From NCBI GenBank assembly GCA_903834135.1, contig CAILHZ010000011.1, positions 22,061 through 86,060 of the forward strand: 64,000 nucleotides of DNA, given 5' to 3'. Below are positions 48,911 through 58,092 of the stretch, piece after piece. The stretch is from an uncultured Opitutia bacterium (GTDB lineage Bacteria; Verrucomicrobiota; Verrucomicrobiia; Opitutales; Opitutaceae). The notes beneath the pieces were generated by a model. It had not been told where the DNA came from, searched no databases, and worked only from the letters and a program-made list of their open reading frames with translations. How positions within the stretch are numbered: position 1 is the first letter of the stretch; each line of letters starts with the position of its first letter. The translations under genes and the position numbers were made by a program.

Positions 48911-51286
48911 ATGAGTATCTTCGTAAGAGCAGGTAATCCTGCACCAGCACGGTTAATTAATTGCAGACACTGCGGAGCTTCACTTCTGGATGAACATAAG
49001 CAAAAGACTGGGTTTTGCTGTTCAGGATGTAGCTATGTTTACAGAATCATCCATGAAAATGGATTAGATGGGTATTATAACATTAAAGACGATATCACAG
49101 CACCTGTTGCTTCCTACGTTTTCCAATCCCACGACTATACTTGGCTTAAGGCTGCACAAACCGAAGCTGAAAATTTTAGTATATCTTCTTCAGGGCGAAA
49201 AAAAGTCCCTGAACTAACCTTAGATGTGCAAGGAATATCCTGCGTGGGATGCGTGTGGTTAATTGAGCGCCTTTTCTTGCAGCAGCCAGGAGCGCGCGAA
49301 TGTATCACTAATGCCCAATATGGAACTTTGATAATACGTTGGAATCCACCCACTTTTTCAGTGGAAGCCTTTGCGCAGAAACTACTCAGCTTGGGTTACC
49401 TCCTAGGCCCCGTAGGAGAATCAATGAGTATTCCAGAGAGTCGTGGTTTAGTAAAAAAAATAGGCTTATGTGCGGCATTCGCCATGAACATCATGCTTTT
49501 TAGTTTCCCGACTTATTTCGGGATGCAGCCAAGCTTTGAATATGCTTATCTCTTCCAGCTTCTTTCTCTTCTTTTTGGCACATTAAGTTTTCTTGTCGGT
49601 GGTACTTATTTTGTAGCACGAGCTTACCGAGCACTAAGGCAAAAAGCACTCCACATTGATACGCCAATTTCGATTGGCATTTTAGGCGCTTATTTAGGCT
49701 CTGTATATGGCTGGTTTACTCACGAACTTGGGTTTGTGTATTTTGATTTCTTGGGTACTTTTATCGTTTTAATGTTGGTGGGTCGCTGGGCACAAGTTGC
49801 AGCTGTAGAAAATAATCAGCGCCGATTGCTCAGTAAAAACCCAAGACCAAACCGCATTACGCTTACTTCAGGTAAAGAGATACCCGCAGAGCATGTGATA
49901 ACAAATATGCAGATTTTACTTAAAGCAGGCCATACGCTTCCCGTAAACTGCCGTCTTGTATCAGCTGGGGCCGTATTCTCGTTAGCCTCAATTAATGGAG
50001 AATCTGAGCCTAAAATTTATAATAAAGGTCAATACATTCCTGCAGGCGCAGTAAGTTTAAGTAATACAAACTGTGAACTCAGTACGCTTCAAAATTGGAA
50101 TGAATCACTGCTTTATCAGTTACTCGAAAGCAAACAACGCCACAGTGAACGCCATTTATTTTTAGAACGTATTGTGCGTGGTTACTTAGTAGGTATACTT
50201 GCCGTTGCATGCTTAACGGGTATAAGTTGGTGGATATCATCACACAACCTAGTACGCACCTGGTCTGTTGTGACTGCAATTTTGGTTGTCTCTTGTCCGT
50301 GTGCTATTGGCCTAGCATTTCCACTCGCAGAAGAAATAGCTACCTTAGCACTACGCAGAAAAGGAGTTTTTGTACGTGATTCTGATTTATGGAGTAAACT
50401 CTCCCGAGTAAGTAAACTTATTTTTGATAAAACAGGAACACTCACTTTGGAGGCTCCTGTACTCCTTAATCCCGAGTCCATATTAAATCTAACTTCAGAA
50501 TCACTTGCGGCTCTTTTTACGTTGGTTCGAGATAACCACCACCCGATTAGTGAAGCATTACTTGAAAACTTACTTGTGAATGAGACACCGCTAGCCATAC
50601 AGGGAGAGCTAAGCGAGCACATAGGCCACGGAGTAAGTCTTGGTCCCTGGGCTTTAGGTAAAGCGGGGTGGAAAGATAGCGCTGAAATTAATTCAGATAC
50701 GGTTTTTTCGAAAAACTCGGTTGTACTCGCTCGCTTTAAATTTAGTGATCAAGTAAGGCCTCGCGCAAGAGACGACTTAAAGAAATTACAAAACTCAGGT
50801 TTAGTAGCTTATATTCTAAGCGGTGATAGTACCGCCAAAGTAAATAGCCTAGCAGAGGAATTAGGGATTATTCAAACACACGCTTTCGCTCAGATGAGCC
50901 CACAAGCAAAAGCGGATTGGATTACATCAAACGCACGCAATGATAGCCTTATGCTTGGGGACGGCGCCAACGATAGCCTCGCCTTTGATCAAGCGTTATG
51001 TCGCGGAACCCCTGTTATTCACCGTGGTATACTTGAGCGTAAAGCTGACTTTTATTACTTAGGTCAAGGTATTGGAGGCCTTATCTCTTTATTTAAAATC
51101 GATAGAATAAGAAATAGAACCCAAATCTGGATATTAATATTCTCTGTTATCTATAACGTGATTGCTGTTGGTTTCGCAATTGCTGGGCTAATGAATCCAC
51201 TGCTAGCCGCAATCCTAATGCCAATTAATTCGCTACTGACCCTATCTATCGTTACCTCAGGCATGAAGCGTGCCTTTAGCGTTTAG
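48911..51286 (+). CDS. ccoI: Copper-translocating P1B-type ATPase CcoI/FixI
   Basis: N-terminal Cys-rich metal-binding domain (CRHCG...FCCSGCSYVY). CPC motif (SCPCAIGLA), phosphorylation site DKTGTLT and hinge GDGANDS. Confidence 0.88.
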   Translation: MSIFVRAGNPAPARLINCRHCGASLLDEHKQKTGFCCSGCSYVYRIIHENGLDGYYNIKDDITAPVASYVFQSHDYTWLKAAQTEAENFSISSSGRKKVPELTLDVQGISCVGCVWLIERLFLQQPGARECITNAQYGTLIIRWNPPTFSVEAFAQKLLSLGYLLGPVGESMSIPESRGLVKKIGLCAAFAMNIMLFSFPTYFGMQPSFEYAYLFQLLSLLFGTLSFLVGGTYFVARAYRALRQKALHIDTPISIGILGAYLGSVYGWFTHELGFVYFDFLGTFIVLMLVGRWAQVAAVENNQRRLLSKNPRPNRITLTSGKEIPAEHVITNMQILLKAGHTLPVNCRLVSAGAVFSLASINGESEPKIYNKGQYIPAGAVSLSNTNCELSTLQNWNESLLYQLLESKQRHSERHLFLERIVRGYLVGILAVACLTGISWWISSHNLVRTWSVVTAILVVSCPCAIGLAFPLAEEIATLALRRKGVFVRDSDLWSKLSRVSKLIFDKTGTLTLEAPVLLNPESILNLTSESLAALFTLVRDNHHPISEALLENLLVNETPLAIQGELSEHIGHGVSLGPWALGKAGWKDSAEINSDTVFSKNSVVLARFKFSDQVRPRARDDLKKLQNSGLVAYILSGDSTAKVNSLAEELGIIQTHAFAQMSPQAKADWITSNARNDSLMLGDGANDSLAFDQALCRGTPVIHRGILERKADFYYLGQGIGGLISLFKIDRIRNRTQIWILIFSVIYNVIAVGFAIAGLMNPLLAAILMPINSLLTLSIVTSGMKRAFSV

Positions 51287-51324
51287 AACGTAAAGAAGCG
51301 TACTGTCTAGAGTTCATTTTTGCC

Positions 51325-51346
51325 AAAACGAAAGGCTTGTCGTTTT
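51325..51346 (+). terminator. Weak terminator-like hairpin after ccoI
   Basis: AAAACGA (51325-51331) - 8-nt loop - TCGTTTT (51340-51346). The U-run is part of the stem, so this is a weak call. Confidence 0.3.
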
Positions 51347-51379
51347 CACGAATTAGGATGATTATTAGGGCTCACACCT

Positions 51380-51961
51380 ATGGCTCCTAAGACATCACTC
51401 CTCTGCCTTATAGTACTCAGCTTTTTATCCGCTGGCTGCACAACAGGCACTTTTTCAGTCAATGTGCCAATCGCAGGTGGTAAAATGCGCCAAATACAAC
51501 TTGGCTCCAAAGGACCTGTACATGCTGAGGATGAGTACATAGCAATTGAAAAAGCATTTATTCAAATCCAAGGCGCTACCAAAGTAGGCAATTTCAACTG
51601 GGCTTTTAAGGTTAAAGGACCCGTTAAGCCAATCAGTGTAAAAATTGAAGATATGAGCGATGATGAACCCATGGTTATGCTTTCGCAGTCACCAATTGAA
51701 ATCGCAGGCAACACCTGGGAAGCCAAAGGCATAGATATCACCCAAACCTACGAGGGTATTAAGTGGATCTATGAAATTGAAAACAGCCTTCGTGTGTACC
51801 GCTTTACTATTACTCTATCCAACGGAACGACCTCAGAACTTTATGAAGGTGTATCTTATCCCACCCAGATTAAAGAATATCTAAAGACTCAAATGGGGTT
51901 ACCCGCAACGCTACCTGTTACACCTAAGGCTCCGGAGCAGCCAGTAACACCCAATTTCTAG
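51380..51961 (+). CDS. Hypothetical lipoprotein
   Basis: Lipobox LSAGC after a hydrophobic signal (MAPKTSLLCLIVLSFLSAGC). No family recognised. Confidence 0.6.
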   Translation: MAPKTSLLCLIVLSFLSAGCTTGTFSVNVPIAGGKMRQIQLGSKGPVHAEDEYIAIEKAFIQIQGATKVGNFNWAFKVKGPVKPISVKIEDMSDDEPMVMLSQSPIEIAGNTWEAKGIDITQTYEGIKWIYEIENSLRVYRFTITLSNGTTSELYEGVSYPTQIKEYLKTQMGLPATLPVTPKAPEQPVTPNF

Positions 51962-52043
51962 TTTTTTACTATTTTTTTGGATAATTCCAATTTAGAGGTG
52001 TCTGAGTGGATGTAATTAAAACTAATAAACACCTCTACTCGTC

Positions 52044-53240
52044 TTGAAACGTATTTTATTAATTGCAGGCGCTCTGTTACTTTCGAGCTTTTCGCTACTC
52101 AGAGCAGAAACTTTCACTGCTGATCAACTCGAACAGCTCACGGCACCAATCGCCCTTTATCCTGATTTACTGGTTTCTTTAATACTACCTGCTTCAACAC
52201 AGCCTAACGATATCAGTGACGCAGCATTTTATGTACTTGGTGGTGGGAATGCCTCCCGCATTGAGTCCGCTAGGTGGGCACCCAGTGTTAAATCACTGGC
52301 TCGTTATTCTCAAGTTATAGTGTGGATGAGTTATAATACGCCTTGGGTTGTACAACTTGGAACAGCGTTTAGTTTTCAAGAATCGGAGGTTCTTAGTTCG
52401 ATACAAAGACTTAGACAAAGAGCAATGATCGATGGAATTCTTAAAGATACCCCAGAACAACGTGTCGTTATTTCTGATGGGATTATCTATATAGAGCCCG
52501 CTGATTCTGAACTCATTTATATACCTATCTATGATGCTAACGTTTGCTTTAGGCATGCAACCCAAGGCCTAATGGGACCTTGGATAATATTTGATAGACC
52601 TTACTTCATGGGAGAATGGCTAACCTACGGCTGTGATTGGAAGAATCACCATGTAGTCTCAAACCTAAAGTATGATTCTAGGTTAAGTCGTTCCCATGAA
52701 TTGAATCGGTTTAATGGTTCTCACATAGTCACACATGAAATGAGAAGGCCTATACGTGATCCTAGGGTATCTGAAGTCATTACACATCCTGAACTGCAAC
52801 CAGGGGCTCCGCAAATTCACAGTCATTCGCCTAGGGAAGAGCAAACCCGAGTCTTACAGCCAGGAATGCCAAATCGCAGTATCCCTCAGCACAACGGTTC
52901 TATAAATAATCAACAGACTAGACCCGAGAATCCTCACACAAACCAGGGTCAACAGCAGAGACTACCCCCTCAAAATCCCCCGTCTAATTTCGTTCCACGA
53001 AATCAATTCGACCCACAACGACTTTACCCTCAAACACCCCAAACTAATTTTGCTCCAATAAATCAGGGTCAACAGCAGAAACTGCCTTCGCAAAATACTG
53101 AATCTAATTTTGTTCCAAGACATCAGCCTGAGCCGCAAAGACTTCCCCCAAGATCTGAGCCAACTTACACACCACCCACTCGTACACCTCCTAGCCAACA
53201 GCCTTCCACTGTACATAGAGACGAAGAAGCTGCAAAATAA
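52044..53240 (+). CDS. DUF3300-family secreted protein with a P/Q-rich repetitive C-terminus
   Basis: TTG start and signal peptide. The signature LEQLTAPIALYPDLLVSLILPASTQPNDI matches the DUF3300 motif (l..lvAPIALYPD.Ll..iL.Ast.P). Confidence 0.75.
   Translation: MKRILLIAGALLLSSFSLLRAETFTADQLEQLTAPIALYPDLLVSLILPASTQPNDISDAAFYVLGGGNASRIESARWAPSVKSLARYSQVIVWMSYNTPWVVQLGTAFSFQESEVLSSIQRLRQRAMIDGILKDTPEQRVVISDGIIYIEPADSELIYIPIYDANVCFRHATQGLMGPWIIFDRPYFMGEWLTYGCDWKNHHVVSNLKYDSRLSRSHELNRFNGSHIVTHEMRRPIRDPRVSEVITHPELQPGAPQIHSHSPREEQTRVLQPGMPNRSIPQHNGSINNQQTRPENPHTNQGQQQRLPPQNPPSNFVPRNQFDPQRLYPQTPQTNFAPINQGQQQKLPSQNTESNFVPRHQPEPQRLPPRSEPTYTPPTRTPPSQQPSTVHRDEEAAK
52941..53150 (+). repeat. In-frame tandem repeat (period 120 bp, about 1.75 copies) encoding P/Q/N-rich units
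   Basis: AACCAGGGTCAACAGCAGAGACTACC... at 52941 recurs as AATCAGGGTCAACAGCAGAAACTGCC... at 53061. Protein units are NQGQQQ(R/K)LP(P/S)QN..SNFVPR(N/H)Q..PQRL. Confidence 0.7.
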
Positions 53241-53323
53241 CTCCAAATCTTGAACTATTCTTGAGTGGACTTTAGTAGCGTACATAGTAAAAACAATTTT
53301 CTTAAGTTAAACCCCTTGATTCT

Positions 53324-54472
53324 ATGTCTATACCCCTGATACGTATCTGTTCATCTGCAACCTTAGCTTTAATTCTCGCATTAAGTTTAGCTACCCAAAC
53401 TATGGCCACTCCCCTGAATGCACATGTTGAAAAAACTGCGTTTGGATTAGACGGCTCCAGTTTAGTAGATTTGTATCAGTTAACTAACACCCACGGCATG
53501 GTTGTTAAAATCATGACTCGTGGAGCTACAATCACTGAACTTCAAGCACCTGATAAAAATGGAGATTTAGATAATATTACTTTAGGGTTTGATACACTCA
53601 AAGAATATACAACCCAACAAGTCCCTTACTTTGGCGCAATTGTAGGTCGTGTCGGTAACCGTATCGCAAAGGGCCACTTCACGTTAAATGGTGTTTCCTA
53701 TACCCTAGCCACCAATAACGGAGTAAATCACTTACACGGTGGCTTAATAGGCTTTGATAAAGTCAATTGGAGTGCAACAGAAGTCCCTGAAAGTAACGGC
53801 TGTGCAGTCCGTTTTAGCTATTTAAGTAAAGATGGCGAAGAAGGTTATCCTGGTAATTGTAGGACTGACGTCACCTATGTCCTCACAAACGACAATACCC
53901 TAGAACTAACCTACGCTGTAACTGTAGATAAAGATTGTCCGATTAATGTCACTAATCACACCTACTTCAATCTAGCAGGCCCTGAGCATGGCTCAATCTT
54001 AGGCCATGAAATCTTAATTAATGCTGACCACTACACACCCGTTGACTCGACCTTGATTCCAACCGGTGAACTGAAAACTGTAACTGGAACTGCTATGGAT
54101 TTTACAAGCTCTCACGCAATTGGAGAAAGAATTAAGGCAGTAGGTGGTGACCCTATCGGTTATGACCATAACTATGTGCTTAATAAAACTAGCGGCCTAA
54201 GTTTAGCTGCACGTGTACACGAATCCACGAGCGGTAGAACAATGGAAGTATACACGACAGAACCTGGTGTTCAGTTCTATAGCGGTAATTTCTTAGACAG
54301 TACTCTTACAGGTAAGAAAGCAGTCGTATATAAACAATATGGAGGCTTCTGTTTGGAAACACAGCACTTCCCTGATACAGTTAATCATTCTAACTTCCCA
54401 ACGAATGTATTAAAGGCAGGACAAACCTATCATTCGCAAACGATATTTAAGTTTTCGGCTAGTAAGAATTAA
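53324..54472 (+). CDS. galM: Aldose 1-epimerase (galactose mutarotase), secreted
   Basis: Signal peptide. Mutarotase motifs GAIVGRVGNRIAKGHFTLNGVSYTLATNNGVNHLHGG, NVTNHTYFNL and FCLETQHFPD. Confidence 0.9.
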   Translation: MSIPLIRICSSATLALILALSLATQTMATPLNAHVEKTAFGLDGSSLVDLYQLTNTHGMVVKIMTRGATITELQAPDKNGDLDNITLGFDTLKEYTTQQVPYFGAIVGRVGNRIAKGHFTLNGVSYTLATNNGVNHLHGGLIGFDKVNWSATEVPESNGCAVRFSYLSKDGEEGYPGNCRTDVTYVLTNDNTLELTYAVTVDKDCPINVTNHTYFNLAGPEHGSILGHEILINADHYTPVDSTLIPTGELKTVTGTAMDFTSSHAIGERIKAVGGDPIGYDHNYVLNKTSGLSLAARVHESTSGRTMEVYTTEPGVQFYSGNFLDSTLTGKKAVVYKQYGGFCLETQHFPDTVNHSNFPTNVLKAGQTYHSQTIFKFSASKN

Positions 54473-54584
54473 GTTAGATATAGAGTCTAATCTACAGCGG
54501 AGCGACAGTTGTAGCTAGGGATCAAAAAAATCTCAGATAGTGCTCTGCATCACTGGAAATTGAGTGACGTCCTATCAGGTGCTG

Positions 54585-54995
54585 CTACGTATTTAAATCC
54601 AGTCTAAGTGTATTATTATAAGCACTAGCAAAAGGAATCTCATCAAAAACGATACGCTGCTCGGGCACTAGAACTGCTTTAATTTTAACAATAGCTGATT
54701 GAGAAATCTTGCGAATTTTAGACTTACGAATTGTTTCTGAATAATCAGCACGGTCGTAAAGGGCAGATATCTGTACAGCTTTATATGTTAAAATGTTGGT
54801 AATTGCTGCACGCTGTTCAAAGCCAAGACTTAATTTATCCGTTAGAGTATCAATAAGCTTATTGATACGTAAATAACATCCCGTAAATAGATTCCCTACT
54901 TGGTTTGTAGTAAAAGTACCATCTGCATAGCACGATGGTGACACTCTCACTACAGCAAGGGCTAGAGTGTAATAAATGTAATCACGAATTCTCAA
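54585..54995 (-). CDS. Small secreted protein, Spy/CpxP-like (LTxxQ-type) pattern
   Basis: TTG start and a signal-like N-terminus. Two helical segments, LSLGFEQRAAI and LVPEQRIVFDEI, resemble LTxxQ repeats. Weak assignment. Confidence 0.4.
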   Translation of the reverse strand: MRIRDYIYYTLALAVVRVSPSCYADGTFTTNQVGNLFTGCYLRINKLIDTLTDKLSLGFEQRAAITNILTYKAVQISALYDRADYSETIRKSKIRKISQSAIVKIKAVLVPEQRIVFDEIPFASAYNNTLRLDLNT

Positions 54996-55175
54996 TGTCT
55001 TAAAATCATCCTACTAACGTGGCATTTAATAGCACATCTTATCTGTGTTAAATTTATGTTACAGTTTGATTACAAATTTACATAATTCGTAATTGAAAAG
55101 TTGTTGTTCTCAAATTCGAGATTTCATAGCACCTTATATGTCAGACTACAAAAGATAGATTAGTGTCACAGTAGA

Positions 55176-55203
55176 GTTTCAAAAATGAAACATTTATGAA
55201 ACA
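55176..55203. promoter_or_regulatory. Inverted repeat plus direct repeat upstream of the hydrolase-GH3 pair (possible operator)
   Basis: GTTTCA-AAAA-TGAAAC (55176-55191) overlaps the direct repeat ATGAAACA-TTT-ATGAAACA (55185-55203). The element lies 52-79 bp upstream of the ATG at 55255. Confidence 0.25.
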
Positions 55204-55254
55204 GACAAACTTTCGTTTTGCAATTTATGAAGGAAAAGAGCGCTTTTATACTCC

Positions 55255-56364
55255 ATGCCAGCAACGCGATTGATCGTTCCAGTATTATCAACTCTTGCTA
55301 CCTTTACTCGCCTGTCACACCCAAACAACCTGCATACCTTGCTTAGGTCTACTGGTTACAAGTTGCGCCCACCTAAGCCAACATTCTACCAAATTCAAAC
55401 CACGGAAAATTGGGATAAGTGTGCAAGGGATAATAAGCTATCGTATAAAGCGAAAATTTTCTGTGAAAAACGTTTAGGCAATATACCAACAATTGTACTT
55501 GGGGGCTTTGTACCTGATTCAACTGAACAAGTATATTTAATGCGCGGATTTTTTTTAAGACGAGGAAGTGTTTACTATATCAACTATCCAGAAGGCTCGT
55601 TTTCTCTTGAACTGCTATGTGCTCAAATTGATGACTTAGTGACAGAAATAAATACTAAGCATCATCAAAATCCTATAATCTTTGGTGTAAGTTTTGGAGC
55701 TGGAGTTGTGCTGGAATGGCTTAAGAGAAATAGCAAAATTAAAACTAGCTATTGTATTGCAGGCGTTGTACTAGTTAGCCCTGTAGCCTGCCTAGGTGAC
55801 GTACTAGATAAAACGCAAGTAAAACCTAGTACGCTGTTAGGCCGCGCACTTAAACCCTATTTTGAAAATATCTGCGGAGTTGATCAACAAGGAGTTGAGA
55901 GAGCTAGATCAATTTTTATGAAAATGTTTGAAGCTGGTGCACAAAATAAAGAGTGCATTGCAGCAGTGATGACTGCTGAAGAAATAAACGTCCTTAAAGA
56001 TAAAGTATTTCGTACAATTCAAGGAATCGATTTAAAGGGTTCCTCAGAGCGAGTGCTTGCTATATCGGAGATGAAGCCACTTTTATATTTTGCTGATCAA
56101 AAGTCACTACCTCTTACTTTAGCTCCTGTACTCATATTATATGCCGAAAAAGAAAGTGCCGTGTTATGTGAAAATTCACCCACACGTTTAGCATTACAAT
56201 CGAATTTAACAGACTATTTTCCAAATGGTACAATGCGTGTCGTAAGTGGTGGTGCTACACCCGTACAACATGCTTCTCTTATTTTTCATTATTTTCAATT
56301 TTTGCAGCATCTTACTTTATTTTATAGAACAATTCGGACTCGAAAGTTTTCAATTGCTGCATGA
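55255..56364 (+). CDS. Alpha/beta-hydrolase-fold protein (unassigned)
   Basis: Nucleophile elbow IIFGVSFGAGVV (GxSxG) and a C-terminal His candidate (TPVQHASL). Stop/start ATGA overlap with the GH3 gene. Confidence 0.55.
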   Translation: MPATRLIVPVLSTLATFTRLSHPNNLHTLLRSTGYKLRPPKPTFYQIQTTENWDKCARDNKLSYKAKIFCEKRLGNIPTIVLGGFVPDSTEQVYLMRGFFLRRGSVYYINYPEGSFSLELLCAQIDDLVTEINTKHHQNPIIFGVSFGAGVVLEWLKRNSKIKTSYCIAGVVLVSPVACLGDVLDKTQVKPSTLLGRALKPYFENICGVDQQGVERARSIFMKMFEAGAQNKECIAAVMTAEEINVLKDKVFRTIQGIDLKGSSERVLAISEMKPLLYFADQKSLPLTLAPVLILYAEKESAVLCENSPTRLALQSNLTDYFPNGTMRVVSGGATPVQHASLIFHYFQFLQHLTLFYRTIRTRKFSIAA

Positions 56365-57941
56365 AAAATAAGGCATCTGCTACCTATTCACGCTCTCTAG
56401 TTAGCCTAGGTGCACGTTTTGTTGCATCACGTACAGGAAAACGACTCAAGCAAGTCAATGCAGCTATATCAGATCAAAAGAAAATTTATTCTAAATTAAT
56501 TAAGTCTTACTCTAATACTTCAGTATGGAGTTCCCTTGGGATACACGAGAATTTATCCTATGATAAATTTCGTAAGAGTATCCCACTAAATCGCTATGAG
56601 GATCTTGCTAGCTATGTAGAGCGAATGAAGGCTGGAGAGTCTAGCTTGCTATGGCCGGGGAAATGCAGCTACTACGCAGTATCATCTGGTACTACAGCAG
56701 GAAGAACAAAATACATACCCATCACGCAAGCGATGCTGGCTCATTTTAAAAAATCCGGGCTTCAATCACTTCTCTACTATGCAAGTCGTTCACATAAAGC
56801 AGCTGTTTTTAAGGGAAGTCATTTGTTTCTAGGGGGTTCAACAGGCTTAACTCCACATACATATAATTCTGGTTTTACAGCTTACGCAGGAGATTTAAGT
56901 GGTATTACTGCTAGGCATTTACCCAGATGGATTGAAAAATACATTTTCGAACCAGGTAAGACAATAGCAGCGATGGATAATTGGCCTGCTAAAATTGAGG
57001 CCATAGCAGAAAGAACTCAGGATAGTGATATAAGTTTAATAGCAGGTATACCAAGCTGGATACTAATACTGGCAGAATCATTACGTAAGAAAACTGGCGT
57101 AAGTAATTTACAGCAGCTTTGGCCACATTTTGAATGTCTTATGCATGGCGGTGTGCCTATTACTCCTTACGTAAATGAACTAAAAAAGGTTCTAGGGCCA
57201 TCAGTCAATTTTCATGAAGTGTACCCTGCCTCTGAAGGCTTTATTGCAGCACAAGACACTCATAACTCTGATCAAGGAATGCGCCTAATGACTGATTGCG
57301 GTCTTTTCTTCGAATTCCTACCCATGCAAGACTACAGAGATACAGATTTAGGGGGACTTGGTAAATATGCAGTTCCAGTAACTGAAGTTAAGGCTGGAAT
57401 CGATTATGCACTCATTTTAAGCACCCCAGCCGGTCTTGTAAGGTATGTAATAGGCGATGTTATACGTTTTGTCTCTATCTCACCCCTAAGGCTAGTCTAT
57501 AGAGGTAGAACAGCTCTTCAATTAAGTGCCTTCGGTGAGCATGTGATTGAAAAAGAAGTCACAGACTCTCTTGTAGAAACCTGCAATGAATTTGAAGTTA
57601 ATATAGGTAATTTCCATGTGGCACCTTTATTTTCTGATCCAAGCCAAGATCGAAATCGGGGCTGTCACGAATGGTGGATTGAATTAGTATCAGGAAATAT
57701 CACCGATATTAAAAAATTTAGCATAAGGCTGGATAGTCATTTACAAATAAAAAACGAAGACTACGAAGCAAAAAGAGTTTCAGGTGGTCTAGCTGATCCT
57801 ATAGTACATATCTTAAAGCCAGGGACTTTTGAGACTTGGCTTAAGGCGAAGGGAAAATGGGGTGGTCAAAATAAAATGCCTAGATGTCGTAGCGATAGAG
57901 AAGTAGCAGACACTCTTTCCTTTGCGAATAGTGTAGAATAG
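56361..57941 (+). CDS. GH3-family (auxin-responsive-promoter family) adenylate-forming acyl-acid amido synthetase-like protein
   Basis: Three GH3/ANL motifs are present: YYAVSSGTTAGRTKYIP, EVYPASEGFIAAQ and LVRYVIGDVIRF. Confidence 0.85.
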   Translation: MKNKASATYSRSLVSLGARFVASRTGKRLKQVNAAISDQKKIYSKLIKSYSNTSVWSSLGIHENLSYDKFRKSIPLNRYEDLASYVERMKAGESSLLWPGKCSYYAVSSGTTAGRTKYIPITQAMLAHFKKSGLQSLLYYASRSHKAAVFKGSHLFLGGSTGLTPHTYNSGFTAYAGDLSGITARHLPRWIEKYIFEPGKTIAAMDNWPAKIEAIAERTQDSDISLIAGIPSWILILAESLRKKTGVSNLQQLWPHFECLMHGGVPITPYVNELKKVLGPSVNFHEVYPASEGFIAAQDTHNSDQGMRLMTDCGLFFEFLPMQDYRDTDLGGLGKYAVPVTEVKAGIDYALILSTPAGLVRYVIGDVIRFVSISPLRLVYRGRTALQLSAFGEHVIEKEVTDSLVETCNEFEVNIGNFHVAPLFSDPSQDRNRGCHEWWIELVSGNITDIKKFSIRLDSHLQIKNEDYEAKRVSGGLADPIVHILKPGTFETWLKAKGKWGGQNKMPRCRSDREVADTLSFANSVE

Positions 57942-58092
57942 GAAATGTTTTGTAAGGCTATAAGTTAAGTATGCCTTAACGTAAGTTGAGTGTACCGCTT
58001 TGATTAATCACTACTAGCACCGGCACAACTTGATTCTATATATCAACTCATGGATTTGCACTAGATTTGTATTACAACTGTGTAAATCTAAA

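Noticed and set aside
57953-57978. Hairpin TAAGGC-N14-GCCTTA between the GH3 gene and the exoprotein gene as a terminator
   Set aside because: The stem is only 6 bp, the loop is 14 nt and neither strand has a flanking U-run.
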